A stretch of DNA of 64,000 bases from Bigelowiella natans CCMP2755 (taxonomy: Eukaryota; Protista; Cercozoa). Within the stretch, counting starts at the first letter, position 1; each line of letters begins with the position of its first letter. Shown here one piece after another: positions 1-13,651 of this stretch. The notes beneath the pieces were generated by a model. The model saw only the letters and a list, made by a program, of their open reading frames with translations, made no database searches and had not been told where the DNA came from. The DNA lies in contig ADNK01001858.1 in the NCBI GenBank assembly GCA_000320545.1, positions 398-64,397 on the forward strand, given 5' to 3'. Position numbers and translations under genes: made by a program.

Positions 1-297
1 GAAGAATTGTATGCCTTTGCTCTTCTGCTGCTGGTGCTGCTGATATTAATGATGATAATGATGATGATGGTGACGATGATTTATGATGTCGTTTATGCGT
101 TGTTTTCATTGCATTATCGTGAATTTGCTTTTTGTTGTGCCGCTCACCTGTTTGCTGCCGCTATTTTCTGACCATTGTTCTTTGCAGCACTAAATGCCAT
201 TTTGACATCGTTTTATGTGCAAACATAAGCAACATGATCTCACTGTTTTCCCTCCTCCCCTTTATTCTTCTTCTTTGGTACTAATACTACTCTATTG

Positions 298-330
<33 letters not shown>

Positions 331-346
331 GGTTCTACTCCTTTAG

Positions 347-1582
347 ATTCCTCTATTTGCAGGACAGAACATTGTGGTGTTCAGCCTAGGCTCTGGCAAG
401 CCCGCATTTATCCAGTAATTATGCCTATTTCATTTGATTGTTTGTTGCTATTATGTATTCTTTACTATCATTATTTAATGGACTCCCTGCTACTTACTAA
501 TACTATTCTTCTCGTCATACAGCTGCAGTCGTAGCCAAATATTACAAACAACACAAGTTGTCCAAATACTTTATCATCACCACCATTATCACCATCATCA
601 AAATTATCATAGCCTTCTTCTTTGTCTGCCAAATGATGACGACTATGCTACTACTTGCTTACTTCCATACTTACTTACTAACTCACTACCCATGCAATGG
701 TAGCCGATTGGTTCGGCAGATAGACCGCAAGACAGGAGAGGTTGTGTTCATTGTTCTATTGGCTGCTGCTGCTTCTGCTACATACTGCTATTTGCTTGCT
801 TGCTGCATTATTATCATCCCCCTCCTCTCCTCAACACTGCTGCCGCGCACTTGGGCACTTATCGATGATGATCTGCTGCTATTCACAGACGACTCGAGAG
901 AAACCTCGCTGTATTCCTCGTATGTCCGCAGCTGAAATTGTGGTTAGTAGTATTAGTAGCGGTTGTAGTAGTAAATAGAAGGTGTAGGAGCAGAGGTATT
1001 TGTATAGCATCGTTTGTGAAACCTTTTGCTGCTACAGCAGCAGCAGCAGCAGCAGCAACAACAACAACAACAGGGCATAGTGTTCGATGCGGGTCTGAAA
1101 AGAAGATGACAACGACAGGATCAAGGGATAGTGCTAGTGATGGTGATGATGATGATGACGATGGTGGTGTGGATCTAGTCGTGATATCTTCATCTTTTTC
1201 AAAGATGAAGCATCTTGATCACATATTGGCTCTCTTCTTTCTCACTCTGCTCCTTTTCCTCCTGTCCTCGTACTACGAACGCTGTAATAACAGATAAGAA
1301 CACATGACCCTGTCTGCATCTATCCATTCCGTGATAATCCTGCTCTTGGACGCATCTCAATTCGTCGTGCAAATGAAACGGTTATTCAAGCAGAGAGAAA
1401 GAAGAAGAAGAGAAAGGAGAAGAAGAGAGCCACAAAATAACTAATCATGACCCTCAATAAACTACGAAAAAAATGTAGTATCGTTATTGCTGATGCGGGA
1501 TATTCTGACGATCTTTATGTCTTCGATGATCCTACAGGTGGCTTATGGTATTATCGAGAGTGTAGTTCAGAAGCTGTCATGA
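347..1582 (+). CDS. HBS1/eRF3/EF-1alpha-family translational GTPase, C-terminal domain III (5'-truncated by window; last 5 exons)
   Basis: Joining GT-AG exons at ~347-414, 704-740, 888-941, 1294-1380 and 1538-1582 gives IPLFAGQNIVVFSLGSGKPAFIHRLVRQIDRKTGETTREKPRCIPRMSAAEIVIRTHDPVCIYPFRDNPALGRISIRRANETVAYGIIESVVQKLS*. This matches the EF-Tu domain III pattern (D-K-TGE..KKPR.L, P-C-E-F...LGRF.LR...TVA.G.I) and looks most like HBS1. Confidence 0.82.
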
Positions 1583-2732
1583 GGGCAAGAAGAAGAGATG
1601 GAGGAGGGGGAGGAAGAAGAAGAGACACTCAAATCGAGATAAAAAACGATCATTTTAATAAGTAAGTTGACTAGACATTGACGATGGCCACCACGCACGC
1701 TTGCGCAGTCAAACATGCACAACAACCCCTGATATGTTATCGAGTTGTAGCAGCATCAGAAGTTATGGGTCATTGAGCATTTTCCACGTAGAGATTCTGC
1801 TGAACATGCGCGTTGCGAGAGCTTCTGCTTTGCAATTCAGGCTTATTAGAATTTACGTGTGTGTCTTACGATTTCAAGTGAATCGAAGAAAGTCGTGATA
1901 ATTATCGTGTTGCCGCTGTGTTAATTGCTGCTTGCATTTCAGATAATGTATATGGCTAGCTAGGCATATTCACAAGTGCTTCATGTGATTTTTGCAGTCA
2001 TAATCCAGGCTACTTATTAATTACGCAATCGTATGCGGCGACGGTTTAGCTGCAGCGCATATCTAGATATGCCCGACAAGTAAAGATAGATTACATGCCT
2101 CCTGCGATCAATAGTGCATGCTACTTGCCATATTCTTGCATGCGACCAGCCACGAATAAATGTGATATACCGTTGTGCAACGATCGAATATGCGCGAATC
2201 AGTGTCGTAGCCCGCGAACATCAAGACAGGCTTCCCTAGTTCCCTTTATTATACAACATACAACCACAGTCATAGCGATGATTCAAACTATGAGCAGCCG
2301 CGCTCTGAGATGAAGATAGTCACTGAGCTATACAGTTAGTGAGCGTGGAGTAAATAAAGAAGCAGCTTCAGGCTAATTAGAATAGTACTCACCAAGTAAA
2401 GTACCAAATTTTGAATGCGTGATGCTTGTTTGCTTGCTTTGTACATGTGCATCCTTAGTGCTATCTTAGATTACGAAGACTTGCAAGCTATGTATAATCA
2501 TGTGCCATTTGCTGACAGGTTTAATATTTCACTGGGCACGTGAATGTATGGGTATGCTTAAGAAGCCTTCTTTTTCCGTCGTACACTTGATCGAATACGG
2601 TATATTTGGTAATAATCCCATGCAATCCCCACTAACAGTATGAAAATAACGAGGATGTTACCTAAATATCACACACACAAACAGTATGTCTATGTACACG
2701 CAACACGTATTACAATGTGCATGTGTCTCGAA

Positions 2733-5700
2733 TCAGGCGATAGAATAATCCGAGCGAAATCGTAGCATCAGGATGGAAGATATAAAGCATGTATTGTTAT
2801 GGCATAAAGAGCGGGATGAATACGACCGATGAGAAAATATGTAACCCATGTTGGAAGTTCCCTTAATGCCTAAAGTATAGTAGGAAGAGAGCAGGAAGAA
2901 AGTAAATGTACGATGCAATCACGGTAATAGATCGAGTCAATGGCAGTGAAACAATAATTCAGCAGCGGCACAACATAATAGTTAATAGTTACAAGCAATA
3001 CACACTTATATATATATCTAATAAAATCAAAACTGCCACGTAATCTGAGGGTGCAGGAGATGTTGCAGTCGTTGCGTTGTGGCCGCCCATTCAAGAAGCA
3101 GGAAGGCAAATTAGTGTATTTGTTCGCAAACCCGGTGCACAAGAAAGGTTAATTCTCCTATCAGCGTAACATGAAACTCTTCTTCCACACCTTGAAGCAG
3201 ACAACAAAGGGGTATCACCGTTCAGAATGGCCAAGAAAGTCGCTTTATTTGGCGACGAAAGGATTAGAATATTTGCTATGCTAGGATGTATTTATGTGTA
3301 TACGTGTATGTACGAGTCTTCTCGTTACAGCGATTTGGTTATTACGTTTCTCCACTAATCCTGAAGAAGAAGGAGTAGTAGTAGTAGTAGTAGGCGTGAT
3401 CATATCGAGATGAAACGTAGTAGCTAAATTCCCCCATAAACGCCACCAAGGAGCCCTGTATATCAAAGTGTAGAATGTGAAGTAAGGGAGGGGGGGGGGG
3501 CAGGAAAGGGGAGGAAGGGTGTGTCTGCTTGCTAAGAAGTAAAGGTAGGGATTAAATAGGCTGATTATCCTTCTCTTCCTTCTTCAATTGGTCAATTATT
3601 TGATTCTTTCCTACTACCCCTGCATTTTGACAAAGCCCACAAGAATGTACCGAACGCCATCTGTGATTTCGACACCTAATACAGCAGGATATAGCAGCGT
3701 CGTGTTTTCATTTCCTCAATACGCAGTCTTAAAAACATAAAGACGTCATTGTTTCCTCCTGAAGCAGCAAGAACCTGTGAGCCTACTACTACTACTACTA
3801 CTACTACTACTATTACTATTACTACTTCATTTAATACCTTTGTGATACAATGCTGAAGGATGGAAAAGCACGTCTCCTTTCTGTGTAGTAATGATGATAA
3901 GCATGATAATCAAAGTAGTAATAGAGTAGGAGCCAACGTGAAAAACGATGACAGTAGCATTCAAACACTACAAGTAAGTATGACGAGGGGAAGAAGCAAA
4001 GAGCACTGTGTGCACTTATTCCAGAGCAGCAGCAGGCAGCAATCACCTTAATATGTATTGTACGGTTGATAGCCTTTACGTATGTTCCTCCGCCCTTATA
4101 GTCGGAATCTAATGAAAGGGGAAGATGTGATGTCATGATGTATTGATGAAGATTTCATGATATTTTTAAAATATTAGTTCAATCGAAAGGCGGAGATAAA
4201 TTGAAGTAAGGGAAGGGAGAAGTAGAGAAGGAAACACCTAGATAAATTGATGAGTTTGGTTGGTCGGTAGCTTGTTTATATTTATTCTGGATCTCTTTTT
4301 GTTAAAGTTGTTGTTTTGTTATTGTAGTTTTTCTTAATACCAAACGATTGCAGTGCGATGTTGAATGACAAATGTGACCTAAAAAAAGTGACAAACGGGA
4401 AGCAAATGATAATCGTAATCATAATGCTGCTGCTGATTATAATGAATGATGAAGAGTCGCTGTATGAATGTATCTATGAATGATACACTCAATATCGATA
4501 ATTTTGTTCTGTTGTGTCGAATCGCCATTTTACACATTTTGAAACGTATTCTTGCTTTTACCCGTCTTTATGCAGCGATAGTGAACGTTGACCTCCCATG
4601 GCATATCTTACTCAATAAGATATAAGAGGGGGGGATAATGAGGGGAGGGAGGGTGAAAGGTGAGTGGGGTCTGGATGTAAAGACGGAAGTACAAAGAGCG
4701 GATCAAACATACTTTACGACGAATAAATCACGAAGATATAAAGGACTCTTGTTCCTGCTACTGCTGATACTGTCCTCTTCTTGGATTGACTTTCCAGATG
4801 TTCTTTCAGAGAAGTGATATTTTTCTTCTTTGTCATGTGTTTCCCAAGGAACATCGACTTTGTAGATATGCTCTAGTCTCCTGAATACTTTGCTTTCAAG
4901 GCTTGAGTTCCTGAATAATGCAGCATCAAATCAGATGGTTTCCTGAAGATTTCTTTAGAAGCTGTTTTTTTTTCAGCCATTATTTTCCGCTGGTTATACT
5001 ATTCGTGCCGCGTATTGCTTAAAGTTGAGTCTCACAATACCAGAATTTGGCTATGTACGGGATATCGAATGCAGAAAGATCTACAGTTGGATATGATTCG
5101 TGACGATGGGACATCCATCCACCACGTGACTTTGCAACTAATAAAAGTATGCAGCAGTAGCAGCACCAACAGCAGCAGCAGAAGGTGTTTATCAGTGGGT
5201 AGTGCACAAATATATACGATTAGTTTTTCCGTCCCAAAATTAGAGTAGCGTTGAAATATGATAGACCTGCCTCTGCTGCTTCAATTATTGCATCGCACTG
5301 TTCGTGAGTGAGGAGTGGTTCTGATCTTAACTTTGCTGTGGCGTTGAGCTGTGTTGCCACAACTAGCACGTACGCTCCACTGCCCATCACCGTCAGAAGC
5401 ATTACCATCGCCAGATTTACCTTCCACTGCAACATTTACGCATAAGATGTTACAGAAAATAAGCGCAAGATGGAAAACGACTTACCCAGCAGGAACCACC
5501 AATGATCATTTCGACACATCCTTCAACCTTCTTCATGATAAGGAAGTGCCGTCTCCTCCCCTCGTATAAATCTAAACACGAGTTTGGTCGTAGAGGGGCA
5601 TCGATTTCGTACTACCGGTCTTGTTTCTTAGTCTATGCTTTCGCTGCTGCCCTCACCTCACACAGCAGCACTCTGCCTGTCTGATCAGGATGAGGATGAG

Positions 5701-5814
5701 GAGGATGGAGGAGAAGACCGTTCTCAATCCCAGCTGAGAATCTCCATTTGTTGTTCGATATTTGGTGGAAATGGAGGCGAATTTGTTGCTAAATACGAGT
5801 AGTAGTATTGTCAT
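2733..5814 (-). CDS. 2-oxoglutarate/Fe(II)-dependent dioxygenase (prolyl-4-hydroxylase / PLOD C-terminal-like), multi-exon; both ends approximate
   Basis: Exon peptides in order: SEPLLTHEQCDAIIEAAE, GGWMSHRHESYPTVDL, LYLRDLFVVK, YAMGGQRSLSLHKDG-SHLSFNIAL (HxD), SDYKGGGTYV, KGDVLFHPSALYHKG-VEITDGVRYILVGFV (distal His and 2OG-binding Arg). Confidence 0.8.
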
Positions 5815-6545
5815 GAGATGCTACATGCCAGTACATGCGTTACCATTATGTTACTACTGCTACTTTTGGTATTTATCAGAACTCTTTTCTCATCTGCGAC
5901 AAGAACTCTACCTTGTCGCTTGCTCATGTAGAGCTTAGAACTGCATTGAAGGTTGTCCTCATTCATGAGTGCTTGTTTTCTGTGCACGTCTGCGCATGGC
6001 AAGCCTTCGTCACGATGGTGGATTCAAGGCGCGATCCACTTTGATAAAAAGGTTTTCACTTGTGCATGAGGAAGTCATTCACGTCTCATGCTTGAAACTG
6101 CCTCATGCGTCATGAACTGAGCTCACATTCTTAATTGGGTTATTCACACAAGATCGAACGGCGCGCAAACTCCAGGCTGAAGAGTGGTGAAAGCATTGTA
6201 ATGGAATGACATGGCATCGAATGGAGTAATTGTCGTTCTTTTGTTGCGATCGCACATGGATTCATTACAATTTGACGTACATGCACTTGTCTCTCGGCTA
6301 GGCTGTAATTGTAACGCTAAACAGCAGGTGCACTTTCGTGTTGCTAGTCATCATCGCCTGCATCGTTAATTTTTAGTTTTCTCTTTGACTTTAACTTTAA
6401 CGGATTTTTTTTCCTTGCCTCACCCTACGAATAAGAGACATTTATATGATAAGTAGCCATCTCCATAAAGCATAGTGTTGCGTTGAATGGAAACCATTAC
6501 TTCGCGAAATGAAGTAAAAATTACAGAGAATCGAAAACATTCTCT

Positions 6546-7515
6546 TCATAAGTACGACGCTCGTTCCACACGACAAAGTACCTGGCCTAAAATCTTATTT
6601 ATGATCTTCTTCCGACTGAAAAAATATTGAAAAGTAGTCAGCAAATAAAGCGGTTACAATCCATTGCAACCGTGTGATTCCATGATTTCGCAGATCCAAG
6701 CATTTAGTACTACGATACACATACTAAGAAAACTAGTAACCTCTTAAGTTTTCGAGCAACTTTGGCCTTTCTCCTCTCCTGGATCTCCTTGAGAGCTTCA
6801 AGTTTCTCGGCCTTATTTGCCCTTCGAATGGTTGTAGTATCTGTAGCATGTCGCAACAAATTGACCTCCTCTCCTATGTCACCTAGAAGCTCTCTTGTGC
6901 TTTGTGCTACGTGTTCTTTAGGTTTCCTTCCTTCGAAGGTATACGAGGACTCTATGCTGGCGATGTCTTCTGGAGACAACTTGCATGTAGCCATAGGGTG
7001 CAACCAACGAACTCCATCGAGTGATAGCGCTTTGCCCATACAATAATAATAATTACTGCTGAGACCGGATGGGGGAGACGACAACGATGAGGAGGATGAG
7101 CGCCGGATTAGCCCGACGGGCGTGGGAATTATTAGAGCGTCAATGTTTGAATTGTTCCCCTCACCCCCTCCCCCCCCCCGACCATCAGGATTGATAGTAT
7201 TATCGGAAGGAGTGTAGTGACGATTCTGTAAGATCCATCTTGCTGCCACTGCTTCGATAGAAATACCGAGTCTAGATGCAATCGCTTTGAGGCAAGCTCT
7301 TAGTTTCTGAAGGCTGTGCCAACCACCGAATCCCTCTACCATGCGAGACCGTACAGCATGTGCAGGATCTAAGTAGTAGAGTCAATAGAAATAAGTAAGG
7401 AAACGCCACAGTGCGTTTGTTCGCGCTTATCTTTATCACACACAAGATGATACACGGAGATAGCATTCTCAATCTAATAAAGCGTTAACCAAGAAACTAC
7501 CAAATGTAGCATCAT

Positions 7516-7550
<35 letters not shown>

Positions 7551-8216
7551 CTATAAAATCCTACTTGAAGCTGCAGCTGCCGTGTCGGTATTCAGAGGAA
7601 CTTGAGCGTCCAGGACAGAAGAAGTGGCAGCCTCACCACCATCATCATATCCATCACCATAATCATCATTTCTCTTATTCCTCATAATATCCTCTGGATC
7701 AAGAATAGATCTGGCATCTTCACCTACCGCCCTATCTACCGCAGTTTCTAGCAATGTGTGACAAAATGGATTTGTAGCGACAACTTGTTGGCCAGCTGTG
7801 AATGCAACGTCAAATAGTGATAAAAGAGCCCTTTGGTCTAATAGAGAGAACGACACCTAGAAGAGTAGTAGTAGCAGCCATTTATGATAACATTATCAGC
7901 ACTATTGAAACAAGGACAGGGCGATAAGTAATTAATTCGCGCATCATCCAGTACGCACAATACAAACAAAATGTGCTAGAAGGAATATATTGGTAAAGTG
8001 GGAATCATGATAGATGATAGTAATGATAATAATAATGATGATGATGATGATGATTGTTATTATTATTAGTAGTAGAAGTAATAGGAATAGTAGTCGTAGA
8101 GTAGTATGGCACTACTTGTGCAACGTGCGTGCGTTGATCATCAATTTGGAGAGCTGCCATTCGTGAAGGAGAAAGGTTGCACGTTCCAACTAAACGAGTT
8201 CTGTTCAATATGCGTT

Positions 8217-8254
<38 letters not shown>

Positions 8255-11200
8255 TATAATTATTATTATCATAATCATAATCATAATTGTATCAGGAGGG
8301 ATAAGCAGGAAAGAAGGAGGAGGAGGAGGAGGAGGAGGAGGAGGAGGAGAAATGCGGTATTAGTATTGAAAGTCTTCTACGTTGATAATCATATGTATTA
8401 CTTAGAGTTTCCCAAGGTTGATACACAGCGATGAAGCGCTTGGAAGAATCTCACCATACGAGGGACCTGTCATCATATGTGGTACGTGCTGCTGCTCAAT
8501 TATCTACCTGACATCATATTTGGTGCTAATGATCCTCCTCCTCCTCCTCCTACTACTACTATTTATTTGTTTGTTTGCTTGTTACCGCACGTTCCTTGGC
8601 CTCTTTCTGGAGCTGCTCCTGAGCCATCCACTCCTTCTTGCTTCGACGTGGTCGACGTATCACTTGGTAATTCTAACAGGACGACGACGACGAAAACACA
8701 ATCTTGATATCATGATCATCATGCAAGAGAAGAGACAACAAAGATCACATGCTCGGGGAGCTTCAGCAAATATGAATGTATTCCTTGTTTACGAAGGTAG
8801 GAGAGGAGGGGAGGGGGGTGATCGATAGTAGCAATGATGATCTATTGCTCTTTACAGTTATGAAGTAGAAGAAATTGAAGGGAGAGAAGAGGATGATGAT
8901 GATTAAGGCCATTCGTTGTGATAACTATATTATAAATTAATATTATCGCGTACTTCTCCCTTTCTCTTAAGCAGTAAAGAACCCTTCTCTGCGATTACCT
9001 GCGGGAATGATTGACACAAACATAATGCCACCAAATATTAAACAAGGTTAATTACAGCAGAAGCAGGAGGAGGAGGTCGCCGCATATTACATTGGAAGAA
9101 GGAAAAGAATGCACACGAAAACAAGAACAGCAGCAACAACAAGTGGTAATACAAGTACTATTACTACAACTACTATTATGCTAATAATACAGAACCAGCC
9201 TTCCGTCCACATTAGCCATCCTGCCTATCCAATCTCCAGGCTGCAGACTATCAATCACATGATTAAACCCCTTCAATCGGGCAATCTCTCGCTGAATAAC
9301 ATCCTCCCGTGACAGTCCCGGTGGGGGATTTTCTGCCTTTCGAATGGCGTCTCGGTACCTCAGCATCTCTGTCGCGACTGGCTGCGACAATGACGATATG
9401 CCGTTTAAGGAGGGGGAGAAAGCGCCGCCGACCTTCGTCTTGAAGAGAGAGTTCTTAGAGTTTACTGCACAAAAGAAAAGTGAAGGAGGCAAAGAACAAC
9501 AAGGAGGAGGAGGGGGTGTTGTATCAAGGCTACGAAGCTAAGAGCACTGCAATTGTTAAGATTCTTGTCTACTTTCTACTGAGAAAGAGAGAGAAGGAAA
9601 AAAGAAGAGGGTGGGAGGGAAGAAAGGAGGAGGGATACTTGATTCTTCTAAAGGTGGTAGTATTACCCAGAGCTGAAAGGGCATTTTCATGGGTCTGGAG
9701 TGACTTGATGAGAGCATTTGGTTTTATGGATAATGATGATGATGATGATGACGGTGACCCTAACGTCGCGAGTGAGTTCTGAGCAGCTTCTAAGTTGAGC
9801 TCAATCGACCTATCTTGGAGCTCAGAGGGCTGAAGCTCTACTTCCAGTCCCTATATGCACGGAAGAAGAAGAAGAAGAAGAAGAAGATAACATCAACAGA
9901 TGGATGGATGGATGGATGGATGGATGGATGGATATCGGTGCATGCATTTTCATCATAAGCCAATCCTTCCTTCCCCTTGGGTAGCGTTTTAAGTGTTGCC
10001 AACACTGTTCTTCTCTCTCTTCGTCATCTATCCCTCATTCGCCTCCTCTTCCTCCTCTTCTTCTTCTTCGGTAGTACTAGGATACTACTACTACTACTAC
10101 TACTACTACTACAACACCTTTTCACAAAGAATATCTCTGTGGTGCTGAATGTGGTTTTGGTGCCATTTGCTGTCGTCTTCCCCCTCCCATTGCCCCATCA
10201 GCACGTCGAACTTAGTCAACCCCAAGCTTCAAAACAAAAACAACAACAACAGATAATGATGATGATGATGCAGCATTTAACATCACGACATACCAACATC
10301 GTCGTTAGAACTAACAATTACCGATGAAGAGTTCGATTGACTCTCTGCATAATTTGTTTCTCAATTGTCCTGTTGATCTTGCTGCTGCTTCTACTACTAG
10401 AATGATCTGCTCTTTTTACAGCTCTTTCGGACAAAAGGGACGAAGGAGGAGCCATCCGCATCTTGAAGAAAAAGACAACTTCCTCTCGCAAGGGAGAGGG
10501 GCACACCTTCAAGAATAACTCTGCAATCCGCTCAGCCTTTTGGGTATTTTTCAACAACAACAACATCAACAGAAGTAAGGGAATGAAAGCCAAAGCATCA
10601 AATATTAGCAAGAAGAGCGCCATAATCAACACCTCCTTTCCGTCAACGTCAAATGTCGTGAAGCCGGCCTGATTGATTCATATATCATCAAAAGTGTCTC
10701 TCTGTGTGTGTGTGTGTGTGCGCGTGCGTGCGTTGTGTACTACAAATCTATTATCGTTATTATGGAGAGTTGAGTGGTGGTGGTTATTAACAACAACTTA
10801 ACAACTTACTCTGGCAAGTCGAAGCATCCCCACAACGGCTTCTGTACGCATTTTCCGTATAAAGTCAGGGAGATCCCCCTCATTTTCCTCCTTCTCACTA
10901 CCTCGTGGTGGTGGTGGTGGTGTGTCTTTATGATTTGACCCTTGGAGTTTCATATTTGTAGTGGCTATACAGTCGTATTGCTTGGTCCTCGTTATGATCT
11001 TCTCATCGCCCTCATCGTTGCCGCCACTTCCATCATCGGCATCAGTAAATCGGTCATGCAACCCTATAATGATCCGACAAATGCGTCTTCGCCTGTCGCC
11101 GACCTGTCCCAAGATTGTGTATCCCCTACGATTCCTTGGAAGAACGATCTCCTTCGTTCCAGAAGATGATGATAATGATGATGATGATGACGATAATGAT

Positions 11201-13099
11201 GCTCGGCCACCAGTAGCCGTCGGGGCCTTCGGCTTTAGATGCTGCTGCTGCTGCTGCTGCTGCAATAGCTCTGTTTCAATTTCAGTCATGTTGAGAAATG
11301 CGCTAATTCCACCTGCACCCTCATATCTCTCTCCTCCTCCTCCTCCTCCTCCTCCTCCTCCTCTGTCATTAGCAAGCTTAGATCGTAGTAAGCAGACTGC
11401 TTCGAACATGGAACAAGGCAGCAGTGAAAACGACGACGACGATGACGATGTTTTTGCTGCTGCTACTGCCTCCTCCCCTCCCTCCACCTGTTGCTTTAAC
11501 CGGTGTTCAAAGCCACCGAGAGCTTTGCAGAGGAGGACCTCGGAAACGGTACTGTTTGGCTGACAGAATCAGAATATATTGACGACGTGAGTCATGACGA
11601 TGTAGGTCGTATGTTGGTTATTAAAAGACAACATGCATGGCGTGTGTAAAGGCAGCATATGAATATGCAAGCTGGTGGCAAGTGCGTTAGGAATAAGGTG
11701 CAGTAGTATCTTGTAGCAATATATCACTAATAACTCGTAGTAATGCTCTGTATCAATGTGTATCGAATAATAACGGCAAAATACTAACTACGATTCAAAA
11801 GCGAACTATTTAACGCTTTAGTCTTCTTCTTCTTCTTCTTCTTCTTCTTCTTCTTCTTCTACTACTACTACTACTATTCCTACTACCTGGTCATGTAGCA
11901 GACTGTAAAGCTTAGAAGCAGATAGACGACCAGGTGCTGCGAGGTGTTTGAGCCGCACTAGAGACGCGTTGTCGTCTTTGAGCTCCAAGGATGGATCAAG
12001 TGGTTTCTTCTTCCTTCGAGGCGACATTTCTTCTGAGGGATTATAATTTTGTAACAAACCCAGCACTGCCAAACGAAACAACGACGATGATTCTTGTAAA
12101 ATTCTTTTTGGAATTGATAGGCACCAGATCAGCATCTACGAGTTGTAGTTGTGACAAACGACTTACCTTCGGAGAAGTTTTTAGGAGGTGGCAATAGACG
12201 TCGGTATAATGGGGTAGGTAGATCTGCGCGCATTATCTGAAAATGTTTACAACAAAAGGACACCTTGCTTTGTTACTGTGTTCTGTTAAGGTTTATCCGA
12301 CCACTCTATCTTATGATCTTAGTATCTTTCTATCAACGTTTCGTTGAGGGCCGAAATGTGCTTTTGAATTACATCATCCCAAGTACTATGATACTTAATG
12401 CCCAATCTTCCTTCGTGTACTGATTCGGAATTGCCCCATGATCAAACTAGCTGACGAAATTTTACCCTTTCGCGCTTGAGTCTATAATATTCCAATTTAG
12501 CGGCAGCTTGAGCATCTTTTGCAGGCTGATTTGATTGTATTATGTTAAGCTCAAAACAAGGATTATAGAAAATGAAATGATCTAAGATTGAATGTGAAAA
12601 TAAAAACTTCGGTTAGCAAAGTTTGATGTTTTATTACATCTTTTGCCTTCTTGTGGCGCTTCATGTGCTTTATGCGCTTACTGAACCTCCCGCCTCTCAG
12701 GTGCTGTACAACACGTGCGATGGGAATGGCCTTACCATCGCTATAGCTACCCTTTTTCGTCTTCTTCCAGGCTCCTTGTCGAAGAAGAATGTTACATTGT
12801 CTAGGTTGATCACGCTCTTGGTAATATCTCAACTGGAGGGAAGGTTCAAAGTCCTCAGCTACTGTTGTATCTATGGATCGGTAAGTTGTATCCGTCCCTA
12901 TTCGCTTCTCTTTCAAATCAGAGGGGAAAGGAGAAGAGGTTGACGAAAGAAGTGCGGTTGTAGCGAACAGCATGATTGCCGTTTTGACAGGGATAAGTTT
13001 CTGGTTCTTGCGAGAGTAAGCACTGATGCCTCGATGATTCTCTTGCTTCCTCGCATTGTGTGATTTGTCGCCACTGGCTTGTTCGTCGGACCCTAGCAT
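6546..13099 (-). CDS. Aldo/keto-reductase-fold protein with long N-terminal extension and insertions, multi-exon
   Basis: AKR-like segments in order: RICRIIIGL, AGFTTFDVDG, EEVVFFFK, RVNRTLHR-LGLTKFDVLMGQW, TRLVGTCN, HVAQ-VSFSLLDQR, VEGFGGWHSLQKLRACLKAIASRLGISIEAVAARWILQ, LSPEDIASIE. The start codon and whether this is a single gene are uncertain. Confidence 0.68.
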
Positions 13100-13651
13100 C
13101 ACGAAGGAACACAACAGCAACGAGCGATTTTTTTTTGCATTATTCCCGTGCAGCCCAGTCTGGAAAGCTTCTACTGTCCTGGAAGAAGCAAGTGAGCTCA
13201 GGGTTGGGGGGCTATCTAACACAAGCAGTCATCCAAATCATCACCGTCATCTCGAATTTAGGCCCTCAGTTCGACCCCGCGCGATCGTAGTCGAACCCTA
13301 GGCTGCTCTCTGATGGATGGGGTGGCACGCACGGTTCGGTACGAGCTGGCCATTAAATAAATAAAAATAATGCAAATTGTAATTCAGATGTTTCTAGTAT
13401 CCAAAAATGTCCAGATCACGCCATGTGCAGCAAAGCCTTTATCTATCCATTCATCATAATCACATCCCAGAAACATCATACGATTTTTTGTCCTTTTCTC
13501 GATATTTCTCAGAGATTCAGAGACATCTCTGGAATTCTCCTCACACTCGAAAGAGGCGTTTCCAATGGGGTCTTGTAACTGACAACCATAGACCAACCTT
13601 GCTACACCTTAATAGAATAATCGTCCAGAGGCTAGGAAATAAACTCCAACC

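Noticed and set aside
295-534. Poly-Cys, poly-His, poly-Ile and YIYI/THTH/CVCV ORFs here and throughout the ORF track
   Set aside because: They are translations of intronic (TTG)n, (ATC)n, (TA)n and (CA)n microsatellites, not proteins.
10961-11563. 200-aa plus-strand ORF
   Set aside because: It is the antisense shadow of a low-complexity exon of the minus-strand AKR-fold gene.
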